Below, one piece after another: positions 1-9,384 of a stretch of DNA of 64,000 nucleotides (the first letter of the stretch is position 1; every line of letters begins with the position of its first letter). Position numbers and translations under genes: made by a program. Below the pieces are notes generated by a model. That model had not been told where the DNA came from. It was given only the letters and a program-made list of their open reading frames with translations, and did not search any database. Source of the DNA: Bacillota bacterium (GTDB taxonomy: Bacteria; Bacillota; DTU030). The stretch lies in the NCBI GenBank assembly GCA_012523785.1, contig JAAYTH010000014.1:8995-72994 (forward strand). Reading direction: 5' to 3'.

Positions 1-78
1 GCGACCATCGCGGCATTATTTGGAATTGACTGGCCTGGTCCCGGTACAAGTTTTCACCTATTATTGTAATAAAGGAGG

Positions 79-912
79 ATGATTTTACCTATGGATAACT
101 TGCGGGCAAAGATGGAATTTGCCGCCAGTTTTTTGAACAAAAGGTTATCATGCCCACCCAAAGTAGGGATAATATTGGGGACGGGATTGGGCGGCCTGAC
201 AGCGAAAATTACGGAACAGGTGGTGATCCCCTATAAGGATATACCCTATTTCCCCCGGGCAACGGTGAAGGGGCATGCGGGAAAATTGGTCAGTGGCCAA
301 TTGGCTGCTAGGCCAGTGGTGGCCTTCGGGGGAAGGTTCCACTACTATGAAGGGTACACCATGGGGGAAATAACATTTCCCATCCGGGTTATGCAGCTAT
401 TGGGGATAAAGTACCTTATTATAACCAATGCAGCCGGGGGCATGAATCCTGATTTCACCACCGGGGATCTGATGATTATCCAGGATCATATCAACCTCAT
501 GGGGGACAACCCCCTCATTGGGCCCAATGACCCGGAGCTGGGGCCCAGATTTCCCGAATTATCCCAGGCCTACAATTATGAACTGCGGCAGTTGGCAATC
601 CGTAAGGCTGCCGAGGCGGGTATTAGTGTGAAAAAAGGTGTCTATGTGGCTGTACCCGGGCCCAATTTTGAAACTCCGGCAGAACTTATCTTTCTGGCCC
701 GCATCGGCGGGGATGCAGTGGGTATGTCTACTGTCCCAGAGGTTATTGCCGCCTGCCATGCTGGCCTAAAGGTCCTGGGGATTTCTTGTATTACCAACAA
801 AGCCGACGGGCACCATCCCCATGCTGCCGACCATGAAGAAGTCCTGGCCGCAGCCGCGAGGGCGGGGGGGCGTTTACAGCAGTTAGTTGAGCTGGTGGTA
901 TCGGATCTTTAA
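79..912 (+). CDS. punA: purine nucleoside phosphorylase (PNP-I, trimeric type)
   Basis: 277 aa ORF with a PNP/MTAP-family start (GIILGTGLGGL) and good overall match to B. subtilis PunA; synteny punA-dacF-spoIIA as in B. subtilis. Confidence 0.88.
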   Translation: MILPMDNLRAKMEFAASFLNKRLSCPPKVGIILGTGLGGLTAKITEQVVIPYKDIPYFPRATVKGHAGKLVSGQLAARPVVAFGGRFHYYEGYTMGEITFPIRVMQLLGIKYLIITNAAGGMNPDFTTGDLMIIQDHINLMGDNPLIGPNDPELGPRFPELSQAYNYELRQLAIRKAAEAGISVKKGVYVAVPGPNFETPAELIFLARIGGDAVGMSTVPEVIAACHAGLKVLGISCITNKADGHHPHAADHEEVLAAAARAGGRLQQLVELVVSDL

Positions 913-1025
913 TTACTATTTCCCGGTCGGGCAGCAAGATTTTTACCTTTAGGTTATAAATTTCCCCTTCTTCTCATAATAAGATCTTGATGGGACTATC
1001 CGGTGAAGGGAAGGGGGAGAAAAGA

Positions 1026-2195
1026 ATGGGTTTGGGACCCAGGTACCTGGTTGCATTAGTTGTTTTTGCCCTTCTGATGTCTTTACCGTTTCCCCGGGGG
1101 CACTGTCAAGAAATAGAGACCGGGGCTGCCAGTGCTATTTTGCTAGCCGGCGGTACCGGTGAAGTTTTATTTGAAAAGGATCCCCATACACCCAGGGCCC
1201 CGGCCAGCATGACTAAAATTATGACCCTCCTGTTGGCCTTCGATGCCATAAATGCCGGAAGGATTACACTACGGGATCAGGTGGCAATTACGGAGGGTGT
1301 TAAGACCTTGGGTGAGGATCCGGGAACTTGGGTTTGGCTAGAACCGGGGGAAATATGGTCCCTGGAGGAACTGTTAGTTGCCATTGCAGTGGCATCTGCT
1401 AATGATGCCTGTGTTGCTGTGGCCGAACACATTGCGGGAAATGAAAGTATCTTTGTCGAACTTATGAACCAGCGGGCCCAGGACTTGGGTATGGAAAACA
1501 CCCACTTTCAAAACTCCCACGGTCTTAGTGCCGATGAGCATTACATGAGTGCCTACGCTACTGCCCTCCTCAGTCGGGAGGCTAGTAAACATGCGGGATT
1601 GCTAAAACTGACCTCCATCTATGAATACCCGGGGTTTCGCCCCGAGCCGAGACGTCTTGACCTTTGGAATACCAATAAACTTTTAGTGTGGTATGAGGGG
1701 GTCGATGGTTTAAAAACAGGCTGGACGGAGGAAGCTGATTATTGCCTGGCGGCAACGGCCCAAAGAAACGGGCTGCGGCTCATCAGTGTGGTCATGGGGT
1801 GCGGGGCCGCCAATACCCATTTTTCTGAATCAATAAAACTTCTTCAGTATGGATTTGCCAACTACTTTTCCCAACGGGCCGTCAGTAAGGGTCAGATATT
1901 GGAACAAATACCAGTTCTGCGGGGTAAGGAACAGGCAATTGGGTTGGTGGCTGCGGAGGACCTGGATGTTATTTTGCCCAAGGGGGAAAAGGATTTTACG
2001 GTTAAGGTCAATCTGGAAAGGAAGGTGCTAACGGCCCCCGTAGATGCTGGAACCGAATGTGGCCAGATCCAAGTATGGCGTGGGAATAAAATTACTGCTA
2101 GTGTGGCTTTGGTTGCCAGCAGAAGTGTGGAAAGAGGAAACTTTTTATTGTCATCCTGGCGGTTTTTCAAGAAATGGTTCCAATTCGGCGGCTAA
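1026..2195 (+). CDS. dacF: D-alanyl-D-alanine carboxypeptidase (PBP5/DacF-type), signal peptide
   Basis: S11 peptidase motifs (SMTK, SHG) and an N-terminal signal peptide; lies directly upstream of spoIIAA-spoIIAB-sigF. Start set at ATG 1026, which has a GGGGGAG RBS; the track ORF begins at 987. Confidence 0.8.
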   Translation: MGLGPRYLVALVVFALLMSLPFPRGHCQEIETGAASAILLAGGTGEVLFEKDPHTPRAPASMTKIMTLLLAFDAINAGRITLRDQVAITEGVKTLGEDPGTWVWLEPGEIWSLEELLVAIAVASANDACVAVAEHIAGNESIFVELMNQRAQDLGMENTHFQNSHGLSADEHYMSAYATALLSREASKHAGLLKLTSIYEYPGFRPEPRRLDLWNTNKLLVWYEGVDGLKTGWTEEADYCLAATAQRNGLRLISVVMGCGAANTHFSESIKLLQYGFANYFSQRAVSKGQILEQIPVLRGKEQAIGLVAAEDLDVILPKGEKDFTVKVNLERKVLTAPVDAGTECGQIQVWRGNKITASVALVASRSVERGNFLLSSWRFFKKWFQFGG

Positions 2196-2249
2196 CTTGG
2201 CCAGAAATAATAGATTGGCCCATTGATTAAATCCCCTGCTGTCTTCCCT

Positions 2250-2274
2250 ATAGCCTAAAGGGCTATTTTTTTTA
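2250..2274 (+). terminator. rho-independent terminator after dacF
   Basis: ATAGCC/GGCTAT 6-bp stem with a 5-nt loop, followed by an 8-T run. Confidence 0.7.
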
Positions 2275-2336
2275 TGGTTTTCTGTTGCCCCTTTTCGGGG
2301 ATTTGGCAAATTTAAATGGATTTTTTAAATTTCAGC

Positions 2337-2363
2337 AGGAAATCCGGGCCGGGGAGACGAAGT
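2337..2363 (+). promoter_or_regulatory. candidate sigma-H-type promoter for the spoIIA operon
   Basis: AGGAAAT, 12 nt, GACGAAG resembles the sigma-H consensus RnAGGAwWW-N11-12-RnnGAAT, with one mismatch in the -10; correctly placed upstream of spoIIAA. Confidence 0.3.
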
Positions 2364-2397
2364 AAAAGGAAAATACTGTAAAGGGGTGTTCCCCGCC

Positions 2398-2745
2398 GTG
2401 GTCCTAGAATTAAAACTGGAGGCAGCTTGTCTTTTTGTTCGTTTAAAGGGTGATCTGGATCTTTATTCTGTTGATAAAATAAAGGAATTAGTTGACCATG
2501 AACTCAAGCGGACCCAGGCCCGGCTCCTCTTAATTGATTTGTCCCGGGTAGCTTTTATGGATAGCTCTGGCCTGGGTTTTATCCTAGGGCGTTACCGCCA
2601 TCTGCGGGGAAAAGGTGGCCGGGTTGTGCTGGCTGCCCCCGGCCCCCAGGTGCGCCGTGTCCTCGAACTTGCGGGTGTTGAGAGGATAATAAAGATCTAT
2701 GATTCTAAAAAAGCTGCCTGCCGGGCGCAGGGGGAGGTGCTCTAA
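2398..2745 (+). CDS. spoIIAA: anti-sigma-F factor antagonist (STAS domain)
   Basis: STAS/anti-anti-sigma domain with a DSSGLG phospho-serine motif. GTG 2398 is preferred over GTG 2386 because of RBS spacing. Confidence 0.8.
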   Translation: MVLELKLEAACLFVRLKGDLDLYSVDKIKELVDHELKRTQARLLLIDLSRVAFMDSSGLGFILGRYRHLRGKGGRVVLAAPGPQVRRVLELAGVERIIKIYDSKKAACRAQGEVL

Positions 2746-2746
2746 A

Positions 2747-3283
2747 ATGGTAATTAAAAATGAAATGAAGTTGGAATTTAAATCCCAAAAAGTCAACATT
2801 TCCTTTGGTCGTACAGTGGTAGCCGCCTTTATTACCCAACTAGATCCCATAGTGCCGGAAGTAGATGATATCTCGACGGCGGTATCGGAAGCGATTACCA
2901 ATGCCGTCGTCCATGGCTATAAGGGTGATCCTGAAGGGCTTATTCGGATAACAGTAAGATTGCTTACGAATAACTGGGTTGAAATTGTTGTTGAAGATTA
3001 TGGTGTTGGCATATCAGATTTGGCTACAGCCCGGCAGTTCGGTAAAACATCTCAACCGGGGGAAAGAATAGGAATTGGATTTAACCTTATGGAGCAGTGC
3101 ATGGATGAGGTTATTCTGGATACTTCTAGGGAGGGCAATAGGGATAAACTCGAGACTTCGGGATTCTTCCAATTATTGCGCCGGGGGCTGGGTCTGGAGA
3201 AAAAAGCGGATAGGAAAACCGTGCTGGAAGGGCCCGGTACCAGGGTGACCATGCGTAAACGTCTGCAACAGGCTTCCGTCTAG
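2747..3283 (+). CDS. spoIIAB: anti-sigma-F factor / serine protein kinase (GHKL ATPase)
   Basis: Begins MVIKNEMKLEF..., closely matching B. subtilis SpoIIAB; ATG is 1 nt after the spoIIAA stop and has a GGGGAGG RBS. Confidence 0.85.
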   Translation: MVIKNEMKLEFKSQKVNISFGRTVVAAFITQLDPIVPEVDDISTAVSEAITNAVVHGYKGDPEGLIRITVRLLTNNWVEIVVEDYGVGISDLATARQFGKTSQPGERIGIGFNLMEQCMDEVILDTSREGNRDKLETSGFFQLLRRGLGLEKKADRKTVLEGPGTRVTMRKRLQQASV

Positions 3284-3295
3284 GGGGAAGGGTTC

Positions 3296-4078
3296 ATGAC
3301 CAGATATATGGTTGATATGAATTGGAAGGAGCCCGCCCCTTTACCCGAGGCAGAGGTCAAGATTCTCTTGGAACAGGCTCAGGATGGGGATGGAAAGGCC
3401 CGCCAGTGCCTCATCGAAACCAACCTCAGGTTGGTACGGGCGGTGGTCCAACGGTTTACTCCCTGGGGGTATGAACCGGAAGATTTATTTCAAATAGGTT
3501 GTATCGGCCTCGTCAAAGCCGTCGATAACTTTGATCTTGGCTTTGGAGTGAAATTTTCTACTTATGCTGTACCCATGATTATTGGTGAAATCCGGCGATT
3601 TCTACGGGATGACAACCCAATTCGGGTCAGTCGCTCTTTGAAAGAAAGGGGTTATAAGGTTAAAAGGGCAATTGAATCACTCACACAACAATTAGGGCGG
3701 GGGCCGACTGTGCAGGAAATAGCCATCGAAACGGGACTTAAACCAGAAGAAATAGCAACTGCCTTGGAAGCCATCCAAATTCCCACGTCCCTTTCCGAGC
3801 CCATTTATCAAGATGAGGGGGCATCAATTCTATTGTCGGATCAAGTTTCAACCGGGAAGGATGAAATTGATTGGCTGGATAAAGTAATGCTAAAACAGGT
3901 TTTGGAAGTTCTGGAGGAACGGGAACGAAAATTGATCATATTACGTTTTTTCCAGGATAAGACCCAGACGGAGATTGCCCATTTGCTGGGTCTGTCCCAG
4001 GTGCAAATATCCCGTCTGGAAAAGCAAATCCTTAAAAAAATGAAGAAGATTATTGAACCTGGCCACGGGTCTTTTTGA
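3296..4078 (+). CDS. sigF: RNA polymerase sporulation sigma factor F
   Basis: Sigma-70 regions 2-4 and strong similarity to B. subtilis SigF; third gene of the spoIIA operon. Confidence 0.9.
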   Translation: MTRYMVDMNWKEPAPLPEAEVKILLEQAQDGDGKARQCLIETNLRLVRAVVQRFTPWGYEPEDLFQIGCIGLVKAVDNFDLGFGVKFSTYAVPMIIGEIRRFLRDDNPIRVSRSLKERGYKVKRAIESLTQQLGRGPTVQEIAIETGLKPEEIATALEAIQIPTSLSEPIYQDEGASILLSDQVSTGKDEIDWLDKVMLKQVLEVLEERERKLIILRFFQDKTQTEIAHLLGLSQVQISRLEKQILKKMKKIIEPGHGSF

Positions 4079-4228
4079 GCCCCTGCGGTATTTTACCGGT
4101 ATGAAAAAAGATTACTGTGGCATACTAAAGGAGTAGAATTGGGACGGCAATTTAAGAGCAAAGCCAATGAAGCAGAAAAAGATGCATCTTGGAAGATAGC
4201 TATGTGCAAAAGGAGGCAAGTGGTCAAA

Positions 4229-4456
4229 ATGGCGGTCATCAAGGTTATTGAAATAGTGGGGGAATCCCAAACTAGTTGGCAGGATGCTGTACAAAATGCA
4301 CTGAAGGGTGCCTCAAGGACCCTCCGGGGCATTACTGGTGTGGAAATTTATAATTTGACTGCTAATGTGGACAAGGGCCAAATAGTTGAGTATAAGGCCA
4401 ATGTTAAAGTTGCTTTCCCGGTGGAAAACATTTCTTCGGTAGAACCGGATTCCTAA
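4229..4456 (+). CDS. dodecin family flavin-binding protein
   Basis: 75-aa core (MAVIKVIEIVGESQTSWQDAVQNAL...) typical of dodecins. An alternative TTG start at 4139 with an AAGGAG RBS would add a 30-aa Lys-rich extension. Confidence 0.6.
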   Translation: MAVIKVIEIVGESQTSWQDAVQNALKGASRTLRGITGVEIYNLTANVDKGQIVEYKANVKVAFPVENISSVEPDS

Positions 4457-4550
4457 CGGGGATTGGCGATTGGAACTTGGGCCGGGGCTTGTACCTTTTC
4501 TTGTAAACCGAGGGTTTCTGCAAAATAAGGGGATATAGATTGCAGCTGGG

Positions 4551-4573
4551 AAGCACCTTCCGGGTGCTTTTTT
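4551..4573 (+). terminator. rho-independent terminator after the dodecin gene
   Basis: GCACC/GGTGC stem with a 5-nt loop, followed by a 6-T run. Confidence 0.7.
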
Positions 4574-4580
4574 CCTTGCA

Positions 4581-4610
4581 GTATAAATTGGTTTTAGGAT
4601 AGGGATAATA
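4581..4610 (+). promoter_or_regulatory. candidate forespore sigma-G-type promoter for spoVA genes
   Basis: GTATA-N18-GATAATA compared with the sigma-G consensus GHATR-N18-CATXHTA; the spoVA operon is sigma-G dependent in B. subtilis. Confidence 0.35.
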
Positions 4611-4626
4611 AAGGGCATGGGGTGAT

Positions 4627-5082
4627 ATGGTAATGGCTAAATTAACCCGGGAGCAGAAGGCATATAAAGAATGGGCGGATTCCCGCAAACCCCGCCCTTC
4701 CCTGGGCCGCAACATTGCTGTTGCCTTTGTCGTTGGGGGCTTGATCTGTGCCTTGGGCCAAGGTGTCTTGAATTACTTCATTTCCATCGGCATGAGTGCC
4801 AAAGAAGCCGGGGGACCGACTTCAGCTGTTATGATCCTTTTGGGTGCCCTTTTGACGGGATTGGGAATATATGACCGCATCGGAAAGTTTGCTGGTGCTG
4901 GTTCTATTGTTCCTATTACCGGTTTTGCCAATTCCATAGTTGCCCCGGCTTTGGAATATAAGCGGGAGGGTTATGTAATGGGTGTAGGGGCCAGGATGTT
5001 CCAGATTGCCGGGCCAGTCTTGGTATATGGCATGTCGACGGCCTGGCTAGTGGGTTTAATCCATTGGCTAATTCATAAGTAG
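4627..5082 (+). CDS. spoVAC: stage V sporulation protein AC
   Basis: Small membrane protein with the SpoVAC signature (VGGLICALGQG...); the start may be ATG 4633. Confidence 0.85.
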   Translation: MVMAKLTREQKAYKEWADSRKPRPSLGRNIAVAFVVGGLICALGQGVLNYFISIGMSAKEAGGPTSAVMILLGALLTGLGIYDRIGKFAGAGSIVPITGFANSIVAPALEYKREGYVMGVGARMFQIAGPVLVYGMSTAWLVGLIHWLIHK

Positions 5083-5097
5083 GGGGATAATATGTAA

Positions 5098-6123
5098 GTG
5101 GCAGAAAAAAGGCTTGGGGAAGATACCGTTCTGTTTTCCAGTTTCCCATCTATTATCGCAACGGCAACTACGGTGGGGAAAAAAGAAGGAGAGGGCCCCT
5201 GTGCTAAATATTTTGATAAGGTTGTAAGGGACCCCCTTTATGGAGAAGGCACCTGGGAGAAGGCTGAGAGCAAGTTTTTGTTGGAATCGGTTCGCAAGGC
5301 CTTAGAAAAATCCCGTTTAACCTATGACCAGATTCATTTCATGTTCAGCGGGGATCTGTTAAACCAAATTACCGCCTCTAATTTCGCCGCCCGGGAGCTA
5401 CCCATTCCTTTTTATGGCCTGTTTGGCGCCTGTTCGACCTTTACGGAGGGGTTGACCCTGGGGGGAATGGCCATTGATGGAGGCTTTGCCCAGCGGGTTT
5501 TGGTGGGGGCCTCCAGCCATTATCAGGCTGCTGAGAGGCAGTATCGTTATCCCACCGAACTAGGGATACAAAAACCCCCCACAGCCCAGCGAACAGTAAC
5601 TGGTGCCGCTGCTGTTGTATTGGGAAAGGATGGCCCCGGGCCCTTTTTGACGGCGGCCACCATCGGCCGGGTAATAGACATGGGTATTAGTGATCCCATG
5701 AATATGGGTTCAGCCATGGCACCCGCCGCTGTCCACACCATAGTACAACATTTTAAAGATACGGGCCGAAATCCAGATTATTACGATATGATTATTACCG
5801 GGGATCTGGCCAGTGTCGGCAAGGTTTTGGCTGAGGATCTAATGAAAAAAGAGGGCTATGATGTTTCCGATCGCTACACGGATTGTGGTGTCCTGATTTA
5901 CAAGCCAGATGCAGATACCTTGGCCGGTGGCAGCGGGTGTGGTTGTTCTGCCGTGGTCTTCTCTTCCTATTTTTATCCCTTGCTGCAGGAGGAATACCGG
6001 CGCCTACTCCTGGTCAGCACCGGGGCCCTCTTGAGCCCGACTACTTATCAACAGGGGGAGACAATTCCTGCTATTGCCCATGCAGTGGCAATCGAAAGGA
6101 ATTGGCCCGAAGGGGAGTGGTGA
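5098..6123 (+). CDS. spoVAD: stage V sporulation protein AD (thiolase-like fold)
   Basis: 341 aa with strong similarity to B. subtilis SpoVAD; GTG start. Confidence 0.85.
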   Translation: MAEKRLGEDTVLFSSFPSIIATATTVGKKEGEGPCAKYFDKVVRDPLYGEGTWEKAESKFLLESVRKALEKSRLTYDQIHFMFSGDLLNQITASNFAARELPIPFYGLFGACSTFTEGLTLGGMAIDGGFAQRVLVGASSHYQAAERQYRYPTELGIQKPPTAQRTVTGAAAVVLGKDGPGPFLTAATIGRVIDMGISDPMNMGSAMAPAAVHTIVQHFKDTGRNPDYYDMIITGDLASVGKVLAEDLMKKEGYDVSDRYTDCGVLIYKPDADTLAGGSGCGCSAVVFSSYFYPLLQEEYRRLLLVSTGALLSPTTYQQGETIPAIAHAVAIERNWPEGEW

Positions 6124-6124
6124 A

Positions 6125-6475
6125 ATGGATTTTGTCTACGCTTTTTTGCTCGGTGGTGCTATTTGTGCCTTGGGCCAAATACTATTGGACCTGACACCAC
6201 TGACACCAGCCCATGTCCTGGTCTTGTTTGTCTGCAGTGGTGCTGTTTTAAGCGGCTTGGGAATTTACGAAATCTTGATTGACTTTGGTGGGGCCGGTGC
6301 TACCATTCCCCTGCCGGGCTTTGGCCACACCTTGGCCAGTGGGGTTATCCAGGAAATTGAGGCCAATGGTTTTTGGGGGATTTTTAGTGGGGTTTTGGAA
6401 AACGCCAGTGTCGGCTTGGTTGCGGCTGTTGTCATTGGCCTGGTGATAAGCCTCCTTTTTAATCCCAAGGGTTAG
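6125..6475 (+). CDS. spoVAEB: stage V sporulation protein AE (SpoVAEB-type)
   Basis: SpoVAC/SpoVAEB family membrane protein; ATG is 1 nt after the spoVAD stop. Confidence 0.8.
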   Translation: MDFVYAFLLGGAICALGQILLDLTPLTPAHVLVLFVCSGAVLSGLGIYEILIDFGGAGATIPLPGFGHTLASGVIQEIEANGFWGIFSGVLENASVGLVAAVVIGLVISLLFNPKG

Positions 6476-6550
6476 GAAATAAAGCCGGATGTCATGGGGA
6501 TTAAACCGATGGGCAACTGTATAGGGCTTATAATCTTAGGGGAGGTTTAG

Positions 6551-8008
6551 ATGATAAAGCTGGCGAAAAGGCTGCAAGACAATTTGACTTATCTGCGGGA
6601 AAAAATGGGAGTGGGCGAGAGTTTTGATGTCCTTGTGCGGGAGATGGAGATAGCTGGCAAGGATGCCGCCCTGATTTTTGTCGATGGTTTTATCAAGGAT
6701 GAAGTTATGTTCATTATGAAATATCTTTTTCAGCTGCAGCGGGAGGATATTGTCCCCGCAACCATTGACAAACTATACAAAAAATGTGTCATTTATTTTG
6801 AAGTTGATCGGGTGGATACCACGGCGGAATTAATAGATAATATCCTAGCCGGACCAGTGGCTCTCCTGGTTGATGGGGAAAAAGAGGCCATCATTATCGA
6901 CGCCCGGGAATACCCGGCCCGGGGTCCGGAAGAACCCGATATCGAAAGGGTCACCAGGGGATCCCGGGATGGCTTTACCGAAACCCTGATATTTAACACA
7001 GCCCTTATCCGGCGCCGTATTCGTGATCCGGCCCTGAGGGTGGAGTTACTCCAGGTTGGCCAACGCTCTAAGACCGATATTGCTTTGGTGTATATCAAGG
7101 ATATCGCCAATCCAGGAACGGTGGATTTATTGCGGGAACGGATCAGAAAGATTGAAATTGATGGGCTGCCCATGGCGGAAAAATCAGTGGAGGAGTTTCT
7201 TACCCTGGGGACTTGGAACCCCTTCCCCCAGGTTCGCTATACCGAAAGGCCGGATGTGGCTGCAATTCACCTTTTGGAAGGCCATATATTGATTTTGACT
7301 GATACCTCCCCTAGTGCCATCATTGCCCCGGCAACCTTCTTTCATCATCTTCAGCATGCGGAGGAATTTCGACAAAATGCTGCCGTCGGTGCCTATATGC
7401 GTTGGATCCGTTATTTTGGTATACTTTTATCCTTGGTAATAACTCCCCTCTGGCTGCTTTTGGTATTACAACCAGGGCTTTTGCCCCCGGGCTGGGAATT
7501 TATCGGGCCCAAGGAGCCGACTCCAGTACCCATTTTATTGCAATTGTTTTTGGCTGAAGTAGGAGTGGATTTAGTTCGGATGGCTGCTGTACATACTCCT
7601 TCAGCCTTGGCCACCGCCCTGGGTATTATCGCCGCCTTTATGATCGGTGAGATAGCAATTTCTGTCGGGATCTTTACCGGGGAAGTGGTCCTTTACATGG
7701 CCATTGCCGCGGTGGGAACCTTTGCTACCCCCGGATATGAGTTTGCCTTTGCAATACGACTGGTGCGTTTGTTCCTTCTTTTGTCCGTTGGTTTCCTGCG
7801 CCTGCCTGGCTTATTACTTGGGCTGGCTCTCTTCTTATTTTTATTGTTGCGGACCAAATCCTTTAATGTGCCTTATTTATGGCCCTTGTTACCCTTGGAT
7901 GCCGGGGCCTTGGTGGATGTTATTTTTAGAAAACCGGTACCCTTCAAGGTAACCCGGCCGAGTATTTTACATCCACAGGATCCCGACCGGCTTCCATCGG
8001 CTGACTAG
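6551..8008 (+). CDS. spoVAF: GerA-family spore germination protein, SpoVAF-like (GerAA paralog)
   Basis: 485 aa with the GerAA-family N-terminal domain and a C-terminal membrane domain; positioned after spoVAE as spoVAF is in B. subtilis; no gerAB/gerAC partner genes. Confidence 0.7.
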   Translation: MIKLAKRLQDNLTYLREKMGVGESFDVLVREMEIAGKDAALIFVDGFIKDEVMFIMKYLFQLQREDIVPATIDKLYKKCVIYFEVDRVDTTAELIDNILAGPVALLVDGEKEAIIIDAREYPARGPEEPDIERVTRGSRDGFTETLIFNTALIRRRIRDPALRVELLQVGQRSKTDIALVYIKDIANPGTVDLLRERIRKIEIDGLPMAEKSVEEFLTLGTWNPFPQVRYTERPDVAAIHLLEGHILILTDTSPSAIIAPATFFHHLQHAEEFRQNAAVGAYMRWIRYFGILLSLVITPLWLLLVLQPGLLPPGWEFIGPKEPTPVPILLQLFLAEVGVDLVRMAAVHTPSALATALGIIAAFMIGEIAISVGIFTGEVVLYMAIAAVGTFATPGYEFAFAIRLVRLFLLLSVGFLRLPGLLLGLALFLFLLLRTKSFNVPYLWPLLPLDAGALVDVIFRKPVPFKVTRPSILHPQDPDRLPSAD

Positions 8009-8132
8009 GGTAATAAGGGGCAATTTTCTATCCCGTGAAGATGTCGTCCCTAGGGTGGCGGTGTAACCTGGCCGATTCCATTCTGCTTTGGGAGTTGGTC
8101 CCCGGGGACATTTATAGGAGGCAAATAAATAA

Positions 8133-9098
8133 GTGGGGGTATTTCTGGGTATTGATATTGGTTCAGTAAGTACCAATTTGGTCCTGGTTGATAAAGAAGG
8201 AAAAATTAAAGATTCAATTTACCTAAAAACATGTGGTGACCCTATTCGGGTTTTGCAAAAAGGTTTACAGGATCTGTCAGGACGCTGGCGGGATTCTTCC
8301 GTCGAGGGGGTGGGTGCCACCGGAAGTGGGCGCCGCCTGGCCGGGGTGATGATGGGGGCCGATGTGGTTAAAAACGAGATAACGGCCCACGCCGTCGCTG
8401 CCCTAAAGGTTGACCCCCGGGTAAAAACTGTGCTGGAAATTGGAGGTCAAGACTCGAAAATAATTCTCCTCCGCGATGGTATAGTCACTGATTTTGCCAT
8501 GAATACCGTTTGTGCTGCCGGGACCGGTTCCTTCCTTGATAGACAAGCAGCCCGCTTGGGTATACCCATTGAAAAATTTGGTGAATTGGCTTTGCAAGCG
8601 GAGCTCCCGGTGCAAATTGCCGGCAGGTGTGCTGTTTTTGCCGAATCAGATATGGTCCACAAGCAGCAGCTGGGTCACAAGATGGAAGACCTGCTGTTGG
8701 GCCTTTGCCAGGCCCTGGTGCGGAATTATTTGGCCAATGTGGCCAAGGGGAAGGATATCAAGGCCCCGATTTTATTTCAAGGGGGGGTAGCAGCTAATTT
8801 GGGGATGAAGTTATCCTTTGAAAAAGAACTGAATTTGCCCCTTAAGGTTCCACCCCACTATGATGTGATGGGAGCCTTGGGGGCCGCCCTCTTAGCCCAG
8901 CATGCGGTCCGGAAAAATGGGACCAATTTTAGAGGCTTTTCCGTAGGTGAGATGGATTACCGGGTTTCGGGATTTACATGTCCCCATTGTGCTAACCAGT
9001 GCGAGATTGTTGAAATCTATGCCGATGGTGAAGTCCAGACTTGCTGGGGCGGGCGCTGTGGTCGCTGGGAAGCTAAAAATAATTTGCAGAAAAATTGA
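8133..9098 (+). CDS. BadF/BadG/BcrA/BcrD-type ATPase (CoA-substrate-specific enzyme activase, HgdC-like) with Cys-rich C-terminal tail
   Basis: ASKHA-fold start (GIDIGSVSTN) and two Cys in CAAGTG and GRCAVF contexts that match the HgdC [4Fe-4S]-bridging cysteines; C-terminus reads CPHC-x3-C ... C-x4-C; GTG start. Confidence 0.6.
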   Translation: MGVFLGIDIGSVSTNLVLVDKEGKIKDSIYLKTCGDPIRVLQKGLQDLSGRWRDSSVEGVGATGSGRRLAGVMMGADVVKNEITAHAVAALKVDPRVKTVLEIGGQDSKIILLRDGIVTDFAMNTVCAAGTGSFLDRQAARLGIPIEKFGELALQAELPVQIAGRCAVFAESDMVHKQQLGHKMEDLLLGLCQALVRNYLANVAKGKDIKAPILFQGGVAANLGMKLSFEKELNLPLKVPPHYDVMGALGAALLAQHAVRKNGTNFRGFSVGEMDYRVSGFTCPHCANQCEIVEIYADGEVQTCWGGRCGRWEAKNNLQKN

Positions 9099-9123
9099 CA
9101 AGTTTTTGTGGTCATGGTAGAAT
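9095..9123 (+). promoter_or_regulatory. sigma-A promoter driving the lysA leader
   Basis: TTGACA-17 nt-TAGAAT with a TGn extended -10. Confidence 0.7.
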
Positions 9124-9164
9124 GATAACAATTTAATAGCTGGCATACCTCATCCCTTGCCTAA

Positions 9165-9375
9165 GGGGTGGGGTAGAGGCGCGGAGACTCATGAGTATCC
9201 GGTGGGAAAAGGGCATTGATGAACCCGGGAAAAGGGAGCTCCGCCGAAGTCCAGGGTCTGCTGCTGATCCTGCGGCTGGGCCTACATCAAAAAGGTGTAG
9301 GACTGTCATCGGGGTTGTTCGCCACATTCCCGATGGAGGGCTATCCCACGGCTTGGGTGGATGGGCGCGCTTAAG
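9165..9375 (+). ncRNA. lysine riboswitch (L-box) aptamer
   Basis: Conserved L-box blocks are present: AGAGGCGC, GAGUA, GGGAGCUCCGCCGAAG, ACUGUCA and GGAGGGCUAUC, with a P1-closing GGGCGCGC; lies directly upstream of lysA. Confidence 0.8.
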
Positions 9376-9384
9376 TTGCTTAGA

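Noticed and set aside
4139-4228. Possible 30-aa Lys-rich N-terminal extension of the dodecin gene from TTG 4139 (RBS AAGGAG)
   Set aside because: Dodecins are ~68-75 aa and similarity begins at MAVIKVIEIVG, so the ATG at 4229 preceded by AAAGGAGG was preferred. The longer form is not excluded.
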